Shown here piece by piece: positions 25,997-38,045 of a stretch of DNA of 64,000 bases. The stretch covers positions 8,494,001 to 8,558,000 of the forward strand of contig NC_087436.1 of NCBI RefSeq assembly GCF_036321535.1, in the 5' to 3' direction. Within the stretch, counting starts at the first letter, position 1, and each line of letters opens with the position of its first letter. The notes under the pieces were generated by a model that had not been told where the DNA came from, did no database searches, and saw only the letters and a list, made by a program, of their open reading frames with translations. The stretch is from Camelus dromedarius. Lineage: Eukaryota. The position numbers and the translations under genes are program-made.

Positions 25997-28168
25997 AAAG
26001 ATAAACTAAGATAAGTAAAAAAAAAAAAAGAGTAGAAACAATTTTTTTGTTTTGTTTTGTTAGGAGTTGAAGAGATTTAATCTGGTTCTGTCATTGGAGC
26101 CTTGCTACTCTGAACACTTTGTTCCCTTGTTATGTGTTAAAAATAATATCTCCATTAACTACCGTATTGGATTGCTGTGAGGATTAAATAAACTTATCCA
26201 TGTACTAGTGCCAAGAAAACTACAAGATGCTATTCAATTATAAGGCCTTTAATCACCATCACTTCTGTGTCCCTGGCAGAATTTTGTTTATGTAGCTATT
26301 ACAGCTCTTAGGATGTTGTCTCTTAGTGTTAAATGTCTCTTGTCTGGTTCCCAGCACCAAAGTTGTCAACTACCAGAAAGCAGAGGCCCTAATTTACTGT
26401 CTTGTTTCCTGACTGCAAACAAGTACAGGGCTGCAGATGTCACAGCCAACAAAGAAGTGTGGAATAAACAAGTAAATGAAACGTGCAGATTTCATTCCTG
26501 ATTATCTGCAATATTAATATGTTACTATGCTAAGTTAGAAAGAAAGGTATCAAGAATTCATGTGATGTAATTAAACACCCCAAATAATGCAGACACAAAT
26601 GTTGAAGAGAATATCCACACTTTAAAACTATTGGAAAGGTATAACATGTTCCAATAAAAAAAAAAAATCTGTATTACCATTGTGTTTATGCTTATTTATG
26701 GTACCACGGTCCTGTGTACTTTAAAGAGTGATGGACACCAGAGTTCAAGTTCAATAGGTCAGTCCTATTTGGGAAGCTGGGACCTTTAATGGTTCATAAA
26801 GGACAGCGGTGTCTATTACCTAAATTTAAAGTATTGTGAAGTGCTACCTGCTTTGTAACCATCTCAATCTCTTTTTTCAAAGTTTTAGTCAAGCCTGCTC
26901 CAAATGTTGCTTGAATCAGTGGTAATTTAAGAAATTAGAGGCAGAGAAATCAGCAAAAGCCGTAACATCGAGTCCGGTGTAGCCAAAAGGAATGTAAGAA
27001 CACCAAGGTTCACTTAAAATATTTGAATAAACTCTGATTTTCTCACCATGCCTGAGAGAAGTATTTACATAATATTATTTTAATATTAATAAAAGAAAGA
27101 AATTGTGTCAGTAAGCTTGAGGTGTGGAAATGTTCAGATGCTGAAAAATTATGGTATACGACAGAGAAAAACTATGAAGAATTATAAAGCTTAGTCTGCT
27201 AAGAAAGAAGTGAGATCTTTTTTTTTCACATGAAATAAAATGCTTAGAATCTTGGTGAACCTTAGTAAGTGGGATTTCACAATATTTAATTCAGAATAAT
27301 TTGCCTTTCATGTGGTGAGTCTACATTAAAATTCTGAAAGAGGAAACCACAATTCATGATTTTATTGTCAAGAACATTCAAGAAAAAGGTATTAAGAATC
27401 TCTTTCACGTTCTCTCCCTTTTATAATTCAATACACCGTTTCCTCCCCCCCACAAAAGGAGAAATACAAGAACAAAACCGAAATACTGAGGACTCTTCAG
27501 TTCTGAATCACGCACTTGTCTAATGCTCTTGAAATTTTGGTGGCTGTAATCCCAGTTGGCTAGAAGAGAGCTAATAATAAGGAAAACAAACAAACAAAGA
27601 AACACAAGGGAAACAATGGCTCATGTATGGAGGGGAGACTAGCTAACCACTCAAAACATTTTTATGCAATCTGATGTTATTATATTCATTGTCACAAAGT
27701 CAACAAAAGCTTGTACAATTTTCTTCTCTCCTTGAGATATCTTTAAATAGCTAATTTTATGGCATTTAAATAAACATATTTACATCTAAGTGTAAAATAT
27801 TTGCCAAGATTTATTAATATTATTTTTGATGAAAGGAGAATTTTGTATGTTCATCATGGATGGCTTTTGTTTTTATGAAATTCTGTTTTTTTCTGTTTGG
27901 GAGAGTGGAAGATGACCTATCAGTTATGGGGAAAACTTTGGCCAACCAAAGTAAGCAACAAGATAAATACAAGTTACAAAGAGAATATTCAAAATATTGA
28001 TTTCTCCAAATGTATGAGGGAAATAGTGACAGGTAGAATTCCTTATACATAAGGAGGAAGATGTGAGAAGATTAAGAAATCAAAGGATATCCAAGCTATA
28101 GAGTTTATCCCACTCCCTCACTTTATAATCTGGCCAAGGTCACAAATATGATATGAAAACCTAAGTAT

Positions 28169-28666
28169 TGTTACCTAGTCCAAGCTAATACTGCTCTGTA
28201 TGATAGGCCAATAAATCAAGAGAGGGGTTTTGGGGGAAAGGAATAGCAATTTTATTTGGAAAGCCAGCAGACTAAGAAGATGGCAGACTAGTGTCCCAAA
28301 GAACCATCTTGCCCAAGTTTGGATACTAGTTTCTTTTATAGAACAAAAAGGGGTAGGTGAGAAAGTAAAGTAAAAAAGGCAATAAGTTGTTTCAAATATT
28401 TTCTGGTTCCAGCCAGGCTCCAGAGGGGCTGTGCTAATTTCTTCTTTCCTGCAGCCATTCACAGATGGGCCCAGTCAGGGTGTTTCCTGTGAGCTGAACA
28501 AAGGTATTTTAGCATAATGCTCAGGCATGGGAGGCAAGGTTTTATACTTGAAGCTATAGGCAACATCCCTTTAGTGATTAACTTGTAGCAAAAGCAATAG
28601 AATATAAAGGTTAAAGTAAAAGAAGCAGATCCAATATGGAGATGGATTTGTTCTTCCCTGTTAACA
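28169..28666 (-). mobile_element. ERV1-type solo LTR, family A variant
   Basis: Same ends as family A (tgttacc..., ...ttgttcttccctgttaaca) but a different central U3 segment; no clean TSD. Confidence 0.85.
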
Positions 28667-28925
28667 ATCACACTTTCTTGGAAACTTCGGCTCATTCCTT
28701 TGCTTCCCTTTTTTTAGAAATCATACAGTGGCATGTACTCTTTCTATGTAAACAACCAGCTTTGTTGAGCAGGTATCTTATTTAAATGCATCTTTGGTAT
28801 CACCCAGTGTAATACTGGGACCTCTTTTCACAGAATTATTTGATATTCTTCAGTAATAGTCTCAACCAGTGTCAAGCATCAGGGTAGGAACTATCTTTCC
28901 AAAAGAGAGTGAAGGAAAGCATCTG

Positions 28926-29446
28926 TGTTACTGAGTCCAAATTCCTCCTGCTGACTGCACCACAGGCCAGAAGACTTGGAGGTGAGGTGTGGGGGCAAAA
29001 TATCATGACTTTATTCAGAAATCTGACAAACTGAGAAGATGGTGAACTCGTGTCCTGGAGAACCATCTTCTCCAAGTCAGAATTCAGGCTCGTTTTATAC
29101 TAAAAAGGGGAGGGGGTGTGCTTGGTTGTTGCAAACTTCTTGTTTGCAAAATCCTTTGTTCTTGTAGCTGTCCACGTAGGTCAGGTCATGGTGTCCCTAT
29201 AAAACCTCCAAAACCTCCAAAATGTTATTCTCTGCTGTGCAACTTTTTCTTTATATGAATGGAAAAGTGTTACACTCTTAAAGGTCAGAGCCTTGAGAAT
29301 GGGATCTCCTGTCTATTTGAGGCTTTAGGCAACGTTCTTTTGTAAAAGGTGCAGAACCAGCATGACTCAGCACAGGAAACAGAGCACAGGGTTAGAGCTA
29401 AAGGAGCAGATCTCATATGGAGTCAAGTTTGTTCTTCCCTATTACA
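28926..29446 (-). mobile_element. ERV1-type solo LTR, family A
   Basis: Perfect 4-bp TSD tctg (28922-25, 29447-50); colinear with 15980-16498. Confidence 0.92.
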
Positions 29447-30059
29447 TCTGTTGATCGAGGTCTCTGTGTACACAAACTGTGCGTGCTGCAGTGTGACTGC
29501 AGCAGTGTTTGTGTGAGTCTCTGTAGCTGACACTTTAAATGTCACAGAGCAATTGGGAAGTTGTATTAACCTCTTCAGAAACATCCCTTTTGTATGTGAT
29601 TTGACCTATGTGTCCCCAAATTACATCCAGTTTAAGGTTTCACCAAATCCTAAATAATTTCACTCCTTGATATGTCATGCTAGGACAGACTTCGAAGTAA
29701 TCTATTTGTAAGCTTTGTTTTCTTTCTTTTTGAGCTGTCAGTCTTAGTATATCACGCGTCTTCTCCAACTGAGAAATCATTTCACTACTGATTCATGCGT
29801 GATGTCAACACGATTTGTCAGAATCCAGGTGGTGAGTGTCATGACCTGTCATAACAGATTACACTCTCTTGAGCAATATTAATATCATTAACATCGAACA
29901 CACTTGTTTCTGGGACAACACACTAGAGATGTCCTGAGTCTTTTCCCAAGGAAATGCAAACTTTTTGTAACAGAGTTTGTAATGGAGCGGGAGAAACCAT
30001 CACAGACCAGACCAACGTCAGCACACCAATCTCGTCCAGCAGCTGAGCTCCCACTACTC

Positions 30060-30290
30060 CAGTGATGAATAGCATGGCCTCTGGAGCCAGACATCCTGAA
30101 TTCATAGTCTAACTCCACCTCCTATTAGCTGTGTGACTCTGGCCGAGTTACTTAATCGCTCTGTGCTTCACTTTCCCTAATCAATAACGTGAGTTTCAAT
30201 GGTACCTAATTCACAGAGTGGCCATGAGCATCCAGACAGTTAAAATGCTTCAAGCATGTAAGAAGAATGTAAATACAAAGAGCTATATGT
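30060..30290 (+). mobile_element. MIR SINE
   Basis: 'agcatggcctctggagccagac...attagctgtgtgactctggccgagttacttaatcgctctgtgcttca'. Confidence 0.85.
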
Positions 30291-31487
30291 GTTATTGTCC
30301 TTCAACCCCAATCATTTGCATATTCCACTTCTTTAACTAGAGGTCATATTTCCTGAGGTCTTCCTGAGAGCCAGTACTGTTTCCAATTCCCCACTACGTT
30401 CAGCTTGAGGAAGATCAGACCATGACCTCTTAAACCTGAGAGAAGGCCAGGCACTCAATGCATAAGCAAGATTTAGCATTTGGTTGTATTCCCTACAGCA
30501 CTGGAATGTCATCTCAGTGTGTCATAGAACAGAGCTCATGCTAAACATTTTTAGCTCCCCCTTCATTTTGACTATTCACTATGATGGCCCCACGTCTGTT
30601 CAGCATTACAGCAAGCCTCTTTTCTGTGTTTTGAATGCATGGCATAATCCACAAAACCCAGAATTCATGCAAACTCCGTTGCCTCTATCTTCTCCAGAAC
30701 GGTTAACAGTCACCAAGGAAATGCACTGATTCTTTTTAAAGTCTAATATAATCAGATAAGCGAGGTCCCTAAGAAGTGTCTTCATACTCTACTGGGAATT
30801 CAACTTGCCATCCTATATCTTAATGGTGGAGTCACGGAAGTGGATCAGTTCAATCAGGCGTTCTGTTGCTCCTCTCCACCTCCACTCCCTTTATCACCCT
30901 GGTGTCTTCCCACTGAGGTTGGCCCTAGATGGTCTAAGGTTTCCATAGCAAGTCATCTAAACTACTCATAAGTAAGTCTGTGCAGTCAGAATACATAACA
31001 GAGAGAAGCACCATTCTTCCTAAGATTTAGTTGGTATAATGTTCTTAAAACTTAAAAATTTTCATGTGTTCCAGGAAATAATAATTTGAGAGAGGGGGTT
31101 GCATCATAGCTCCAGGAAACTCAAATGAGCCATCCAAACTCAACTTTTTTATATCTACGAGGCTAGAGCCATTGTATCACATAGTAGCTGAAGTAGGCTG
31201 TACATCTCCTCAGTGTCAGTTTCGGGTAGCACTATCTGCCGTGTGACTACAGAGCGAGGGAGGGGAGGGGACACAGGCATGAGCAGACTCCTCAGTGGTC
31301 ACCAGCAGCCTCCGAGGCTAAGAAAGCCCAGGACAAGTGTGTTCCTGAACTCAGAGCTGTAGAGTTAGAACCAGAGTCACATATTCACATTTCTCTGGGC
31401 GTCTTGGCTCACAGTCCTTTAGGCAAACCATGGTCTATGTGTAGTACTCAACATTCTAAAATGAATTTGAATCCCCTTATTTGTAAT

Positions 31488-32014
31488 TACAATACAAAAG
31501 AACAAATCTGACTCCATATTAAACTAAATCTGTTCCTTTGGCTCTAACCCTGTGCCCTGTTTTCTAGGCTTAGTCTTGCTAGCTCTGCACCTTTTGTAAA
31601 ACAATGTTGCCCGGAGCCTGAAACATGCAGGAGAGCCTATTCTCAAGGCTCTGACCTTTAAGGATATTAACACTTTTGCACTTACATAAAGATAACAAGT
31701 TGCAGGATAGAAAATAATGTTTGTTTTGTTAGAAGTTTTACAGGGACACCATGACCTGACCCATGTGGACAGCTGCCAGAACAAAGAATTCCTACACCAA
31801 GAGGTTTGCAACAACCAAGAACACCCTCTCCCCTTTTTAGGATAAAATGAGCCCGAACTCTGACTTGGGGAAGATGGTTCTCCAGAACATTAGTCTCTCA
31901 TCTTCTTGGTCTGCTGGCTTTTCAAATGAAGTGGCTATTCCTCGCCTCAACACTTTGTCTCCTGATTTACTGGCCTGTGTTGCGGCAAGCAGAATGAGTT
32001 TGGACTTGGTAACA
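31488..32014 (+). mobile_element. ERV1-type solo LTR, family A, opposite orientation
   Basis: Reverse complement of the other copies; ends 'ggacttggtaaca'; flanks taat/tgat. Confidence 0.9.
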
Positions 32015-33678
32015 TGATGACTCATTTGTGCTGCAATTTGTAAAAATTCAGTATAGGGTAGAAAGTTGTATTATTCATTAGTGACTTTAAGTTAGAAGTT
32101 GCTTGGTGGCTTTAAGTTGCATTTAAGGGCAGCTTGCTAAGCTTGACAAAAAAAGGCCATGATAACTATGGGTTAAAGTTCCCAGGCTAGCTCCATGAGA
32201 CTTCATGCCTCCCTGTTTTAGCATCAGTTAACTTTGTGTACATGTGACTTATTTATTTTTCCCCAGGAAGTCCTGAATGGTGTGATTGAGAACAGTGGTG
32301 ATTCAAAAGGAGGGCTGATAGAAACACCTGGGCAGGGCTAAATAACAAAGCACAGAAAACAGAAATGGGAATTGGCCGAAACACAGCTTTCAAAACCAAA
32401 AATAGGAGAGAGTTCAGGTCAAGGAGTCAAAGAGTTAGGAGAGGAAGAGAAATTTGTCCTCCCAGCTTCCAGCTTCTCCCCCTACTAGAAAGTAAGCCCC
32501 CTTTCAAGCAAAGTCTTTGCCAGTTTTGTTCCTGTACCAGCAGTACCCAGAGCAAAGCCTGCCAATAGTTGGCACTTACTAAACACTTCATAAATGGGTG
32601 AACCAAAGACTAAAAGTACCCCAGAAAAAATAAAGGAGAGAATTTGAAGATTAGAAGATCAGGGTAGCTGTGGACACACAGAACTCTTCTTCTAAAAATG
32701 TCAAGTTGCTAATATATGCTATGCCCATTTATTCCTAAAGTGAATACTTACCAGTTGGTGGGGAGCTATGTTGCTGTCTAAAACACAGTAACATCACACT
32801 CATGGACCACCTTCTTGGCTGGTCCCCAAGCTAGCAGTGCTGCAAAGCATAGATGCAAAATTGAATTGACAAAAAAAAAAAAAAAAAAAAAAAAAAGAGA
32901 GAAAGTTGCCAAACAGCTAACTTGATTGTTAAGTTCTCACTGAACTGGAAACTTCGTATAGACAACAGTAGTATCTCATTCATCTTTGTTTCCTGATGGT
33001 GCACAGTATCTGATTTAGAGATCCCACCTTTAATTTAATTGAACTAAATCCCAATAAATTTTCTCAGTAAAGCAGACATCCTGCCCAATCAAATAAAGGC
33101 TGTCCTAATATCTGCAAGCAAAGGAGGCAGTGTTGTTACTTCTTGAGATCGCCTGCAAAACGGGTAATGTTAAGCAATGCCTCCTCTAGCTGGGAAGAAA
33201 CGTAGCATTGACACTAACTTGATTTTTTAATGTCTTCCTTTCTATAGTCCCATCACTTTGAGGAATGCACTGCAAATCTGTCTTGTCTGACAGCTGGCTG
33301 CCACCCACTGCCTGTCAGCCTCTCTCAGAACAGGGAGGCTCCTGAGAGAAAGTGCACTCACACCCCTGTGATTCCTTGAATTGGTAGAAAAGCACCACTT
33401 CTAACAGAGCTCAGCTTCCACACCACGAGGGAGCCTGGTTCTCTAGTCCCTTGGGCTGTAATTTGATTTGTGTTGAAAAGTATTATCTGGATGAACCAAC
33501 TGAGACTAGGAGAATGGTGCACGAGGCGGTGCAGGGAGACATAAATATCTTAAATAAAGCAGTAACAGTGGGAGGCGAGATAATATATAGAAACATGGGA
33601 CCTGAAAATGCTCTAATTCTTTCATTTTAAAGATAAGTAAACCATTCCAAAGTGATTATGGGCTAATAAGGATTACAC

Positions 33679-34205
33679 TGATAAAAAGCGGTAGGAATAA
33701 GACTGTAAATTAGAAGCCATGCAGCCTGCGTGCTTTATCAAAAGGTTTGTTTTTGAGACAGGCTGGGACGTGGAACCTGGGACTTTATGCTGTAGTTCTT
33801 CCACCTGGACAAACATCCAGCAAAATACAAAGTAACTGTAAGGAACTAAAGATAACTGTGTGAACATGCAGCTGGGTCACATTATAAACAGCAAAATACA
33901 AAAAGACCAAAAACCCAACTGCCATTTCTGATGTGTCACGAGCAAATTCAGGGTACTGCTCTGCATGCAGGCTCACCAAGGAGGCGGGCAGACCACCCAA
34001 GCCACCCCTCCAGTCCAACCCCGGGGCCCACCTCTACCCTTACCCCATTTAAGGGACCAGCTCAACCCCTCTCAGGGAGTGAACAAGGGAAGCTGTTACT
34101 TTTTTTTTTGCTGTCCAGTGCTGCAGCACAAGTCCCAATAAAGCTTTGCCTGAATTTCTACTGATTGCTTTTGATTAAGGAGTCCAAGAACCCAGATCAG
34201 TATCA
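33679..34205 (+). mobile_element. ERV solo LTR, family C
   Basis: TATA-like 'catttaaggg', AATAAA at 34137-42, U5-like 'gattaaggagtccaagaaccc...tatca'; TSD not resolved. Confidence 0.7.
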
Positions 34206-34269
34206 TTTCCACTAAGTTAATGATTTTCAAACTAGAACTTTGAAGGACTGTTTCTGTAATGTCATAGAA

Positions 34270-34400
34270 ACAAGCCACATGTCGTTGAAACTGATATTTA
34301 AATTGATTGGATTAAATTAAAAATTAAATTAAATTTAAAAATTCTGTTCCTCAGTCATGCTAGCTACATTTCAAGTGTCCAGTGGTTTGCTAATGGCTGC
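34270..34400. mobile_element. hAT-Charlie DNA transposon remnant (MER3/MER33-like)
   Basis: 'agccacatgt...aaattaaatt...ttcctcagtcatgctagctacatttcaagtg'. Confidence 0.6.
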
Positions 34401-34714
34401 ATCCTCATATTAAATTAAGTATTTCTGCAAGTTTCTCCAAATATGTTAATATTTGGCTATGATACAGAATTTCATTTAGAAAATATGGCTTAAAACAGAG
34501 TGTAAATATCATAGCAGCGTCTTGCTTTTGTTTCTGTTCCTCTGGGAACATAGTGACACTTCATAGTGATCTTATCCCCCAGGGTGGCATCACAAAATAA
34601 GAATCCCCAGAGCTGGGGTATTAACCAAGGCTTCCATAACCAGCAAATATATAGTTTAGTTAACACATCCATCAACATTGACATTAGTAGTACTCAATTC
34701 CAATAAAAATATGA

Positions 34715-37700
34715 ATTTTAAGAATACCCATTTTGAAATAATTACAGATACACCGGAAGTCACAAAAATATGTACACTAAGGTCGTACATCTTATAGGTG
34801 ATCACACAATATCAAAAAGGACACTTAACTGTACCATCACAAGGTTCTCTTGTATTACAACCACATCCATTTCCTTCCTACCCTCTACTGAGGCCATCAA
34901 CATTCATCCTCATCTCTACAATTATGTTATTTAACAAATGTTATATAAATGAAACCATGCACTATGTGTTCGAGACTGTTTTTTTTTTTTTTCACACAGC
35001 TTAATCTTCTTGAATGCCATCCAAATTGTGTGTATCAGTAGTTTGATCCTTCTTATTGCTGAGGAATATTCCATGATTTAAAGGTTCTACTATTTGTTAA
35101 ATCAGTCATCCATTGAAGAACATTTAAAAATTTCTAGTTTTTGGCAGTTACACATAAAACTGCTATAAACTTTCATGTACAGTTTTATGCATGGGAAAGG
35201 CTTTCAGTTCTCGGTAAATGCCTGAGAGTACAATTGCTGGGTAGCTTGTTAAGATCATTTTTAGTTTTAAAATGAAACTTCAGAAACTAACACAACATTG
35301 TAAACCAACTATGCTTCAATTAAAAAAAATTAAAAAGGTAAGTAAAATAAACAAGCTGTCAATCCCTTTTCCTGATTTACTGTACCATTTCACATTCTAA
35401 CCAGAAATGTACAAATCATTGGATAATGACAAATTAATTTTAGGTTTATCATTTTTTTTTAATTTAGCCATTCTTGTTACTGAGACCAAACTCATTCTGC
35501 TCACCACATGACAGGCCAATAAATCGGCAGACGAGGTACTGGGGCAAGGAATAGTGACTTTATTCAGAAAGCCCACAGACTGAGAAGATGGCAGACTTAT
35601 GTCTTGGAGAACCATCTTACTCAAGTCAGAATTCAAGCTCTTTTTATACTAAAAAGGGAAGGGGGTGTGGTTGATTGTTGCGAACTCCTTGGTGTAGGAA
35701 TTCTTTGTAGCTGTCGATGTGGGTCGGGTCATGGTGCCTCTGCAAAACCTCTAACAAAATAAATGCCATTTTCTATTCTGCAACTTGTCTTTATATCAGT
35801 GCAAAAGTGTTAATATCCTTAAAGGTCAGAGCTTGAAAATGGGCTCTCCTGCATATTTCAGGCTCTAGGCAACATTCTTTTACAAAAGGTGCAGAGCCAG
35901 CAGGACTAAGCCTAGAAAACAGGGCACGGGGTTAGAGCCAAAGGAACAGATCTAATATGGAGTCAGATTTGTTCTTTCCTGTTACATTCTGATAGCTGTG
36001 TAGTGAGATCTTAGTTTGATTTTAATTTATATTTTCCTAAAGGCTGCTGGTGTTGAAGATCTTTCCACATGCTTATCTGTCATCTGCATAGTCTCTTCGG
36101 TGAAATGTCTATTCATGTCTTTTGCTTGTTTTCAAATTGTATTGTTTTATTAATACTGAGTTTTAAGAATTCTTTATTCTACATATGAGTCCTCTGTCAG
36201 ATGTAGGAATTGCAAATGTTTTCTTCCAGTCTGTAGTTTGCTTTTTTATCTAATTTTTTTTATAAAGAAAAGTTTTAATTTTGATAGTTTCATTTGACCT
36301 ATTTTTTCTTTTATGGATCTTGCTTTTGGTGTCAAGTCTCAGACTTCTATATTTGATCCATTATCCATTTTGAGTTAATTTTGTATAAGATGACAGATCT
36401 AGGTCAAGGTTCATTTTTGTCTCTGGTTGTCCAATTGCTCCAACACCACTTGTTGGAAAAGTTATCCTTTTAAATTCTATTGCTCTGCCCCTTTGGCAAA
36501 ATTAATTTTAGTTTCTCTATTCTCTAGCATTGATCTAAATTATTCTCTCCAACAGCATCACACTGTCTTGATTATTCTAGATATAGAATGAGTCTTCATG
36601 CTGAGCAGAATGTTCTTCTGACCTGATTCTTCTTTCATTTTTTTTTCAGTCTATTCTAGGGAATTGCCATAAAATTTTTAGAGTATGTTTTCCTATATCT
36701 AAAATTTAAAAAATGATTTTTTGATAGGAACTTTTGACGGTGAGCACACTGCAGTGAGTGTGCTTGGTTTAAGATCAATTTAAGAAAAATTAATGTATTT
36801 ACTATGCTGTTCTCCAATCAATGAACATAATGTGCCTCTTCTAGTATTTATGACTTCTTTGATTTTTTTCCTTCAAAATTTTGTTTTCTTCATATAGATT
36901 CTGTAACAAGTGTTGTTAGATATATACATAATGTTTTATTTTCTCTGCAGAAATTGTAAATGGTGTTACATCTTTAATATCAGTCTCCATTAGTTCATTG
37001 TATATACATAGAAATTAAATTGATTTGTGTGTATTGATTTTGTATCTTATGACATACTGAAATCACTTATTAGTCGTGGAAGATTTTTTGTAGATTCTTT
37101 GGAATTTTCTACATAGAACTTATGTCATCTGAATATTTTCATCTCCATCAACTTTCATTTTTTTTATATAACAGCTTTATTGAGATAAAATTCAAATGCC
37201 ATGAAGTACAGCCATTAAGTGTACAATTCAGTAGTTTTCATATATGAATGGAGAGCTGTTGTCATAATCGATTGCAGAGCACTTTCCTCACCCTAAAAAG
37301 AAATCAGTGCTCATTAGCAGCCAGACTGCCCAGTCGTCCCCTAGTCACTGATATACTTGTATCTCCATAGATTTGTATTTTGGAAACTTTGTGTTTTGGA
37401 AACTTGGTGTCTTGTAATTATTGAAGATACAGGCTTTTATGACTGGCTTAATTCAATTAGCGTAATGTTTTCAAGGTTCATCCATGTTGAAGCATGTAAT
37501 TATCCATTGTTTTATGAATGATATTTAATTACTTGCATATCCTGTTTTATAATTGTTCAGTCACAAGGTGTTAGGCATTTGAATGCTTCCACCTTTTGGC
37601 TATCATGAATAATGCTGCTATGGACAATTGTGTACATGATCTTGTGTAGACCTATGTTTTCAGGTCTTTTGGATATATATCTAGAAGCGAATCCTCAAGT

Positions 37701-38045
37701 CATTTGATAATTCTGTATTAATATTTCAAGGAATTTTCAGACCATTTTACAAAGTATCTGCAACATTTTACATTCAGGTCTTTTACCTCCTTGGTTAAAT
37801 GTATTCCTAGGTCTTGTTTTCTTTTTGATGCAATTGTAATTCAGATTTTCTTAATTTCTCTTTCCGATAGTTTGTCATTAGCACATTGAAATGCAACAGA
37901 TTTTGTATATTGATTTTGTATTCTTCAACATTTGAATTCCTTTATTAGATCTAACATTTTTTTGTGAAGTCTTTAAGATTTTCTCTACATATCATATCAC
38001 TTGCAAATAGCAACAGTTTTACTTCTTCCTTTCCAATTCTAGTTG
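34715..38045 (-). mobile_element. Old L1 3' UTR/ORF2 with nested insertions
   Basis: Antisense L1 text interrupted by an L1 stub (~35282-35350), a solo LTR and a second L1 3' end (~37155-37775). Confidence 0.8.
35475..35986 (-). mobile_element. ERV1-type solo LTR, family A, inserted in L1
   Basis: Perfect TSD ttct (35471-74, 35987-90) splitting the L1 motif 'ttagccattct|gatagctgtgtagtg'. Confidence 0.93.

Noticed and set aside
28169..29446. Two same-orientation LTRs 259 bp apart as a deleted provirus
   Set aside because: The second LTR has its own perfect TSD, the two differ internally, and the spacer shows no PBS or PPT.
15980..35986. Recurring ~520-bp unit as a CRISPR-like or tandem array
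   Set aside because: Irregular spacing, both orientations, TG...CA ends and individual TSDs identify dispersed solo LTRs.
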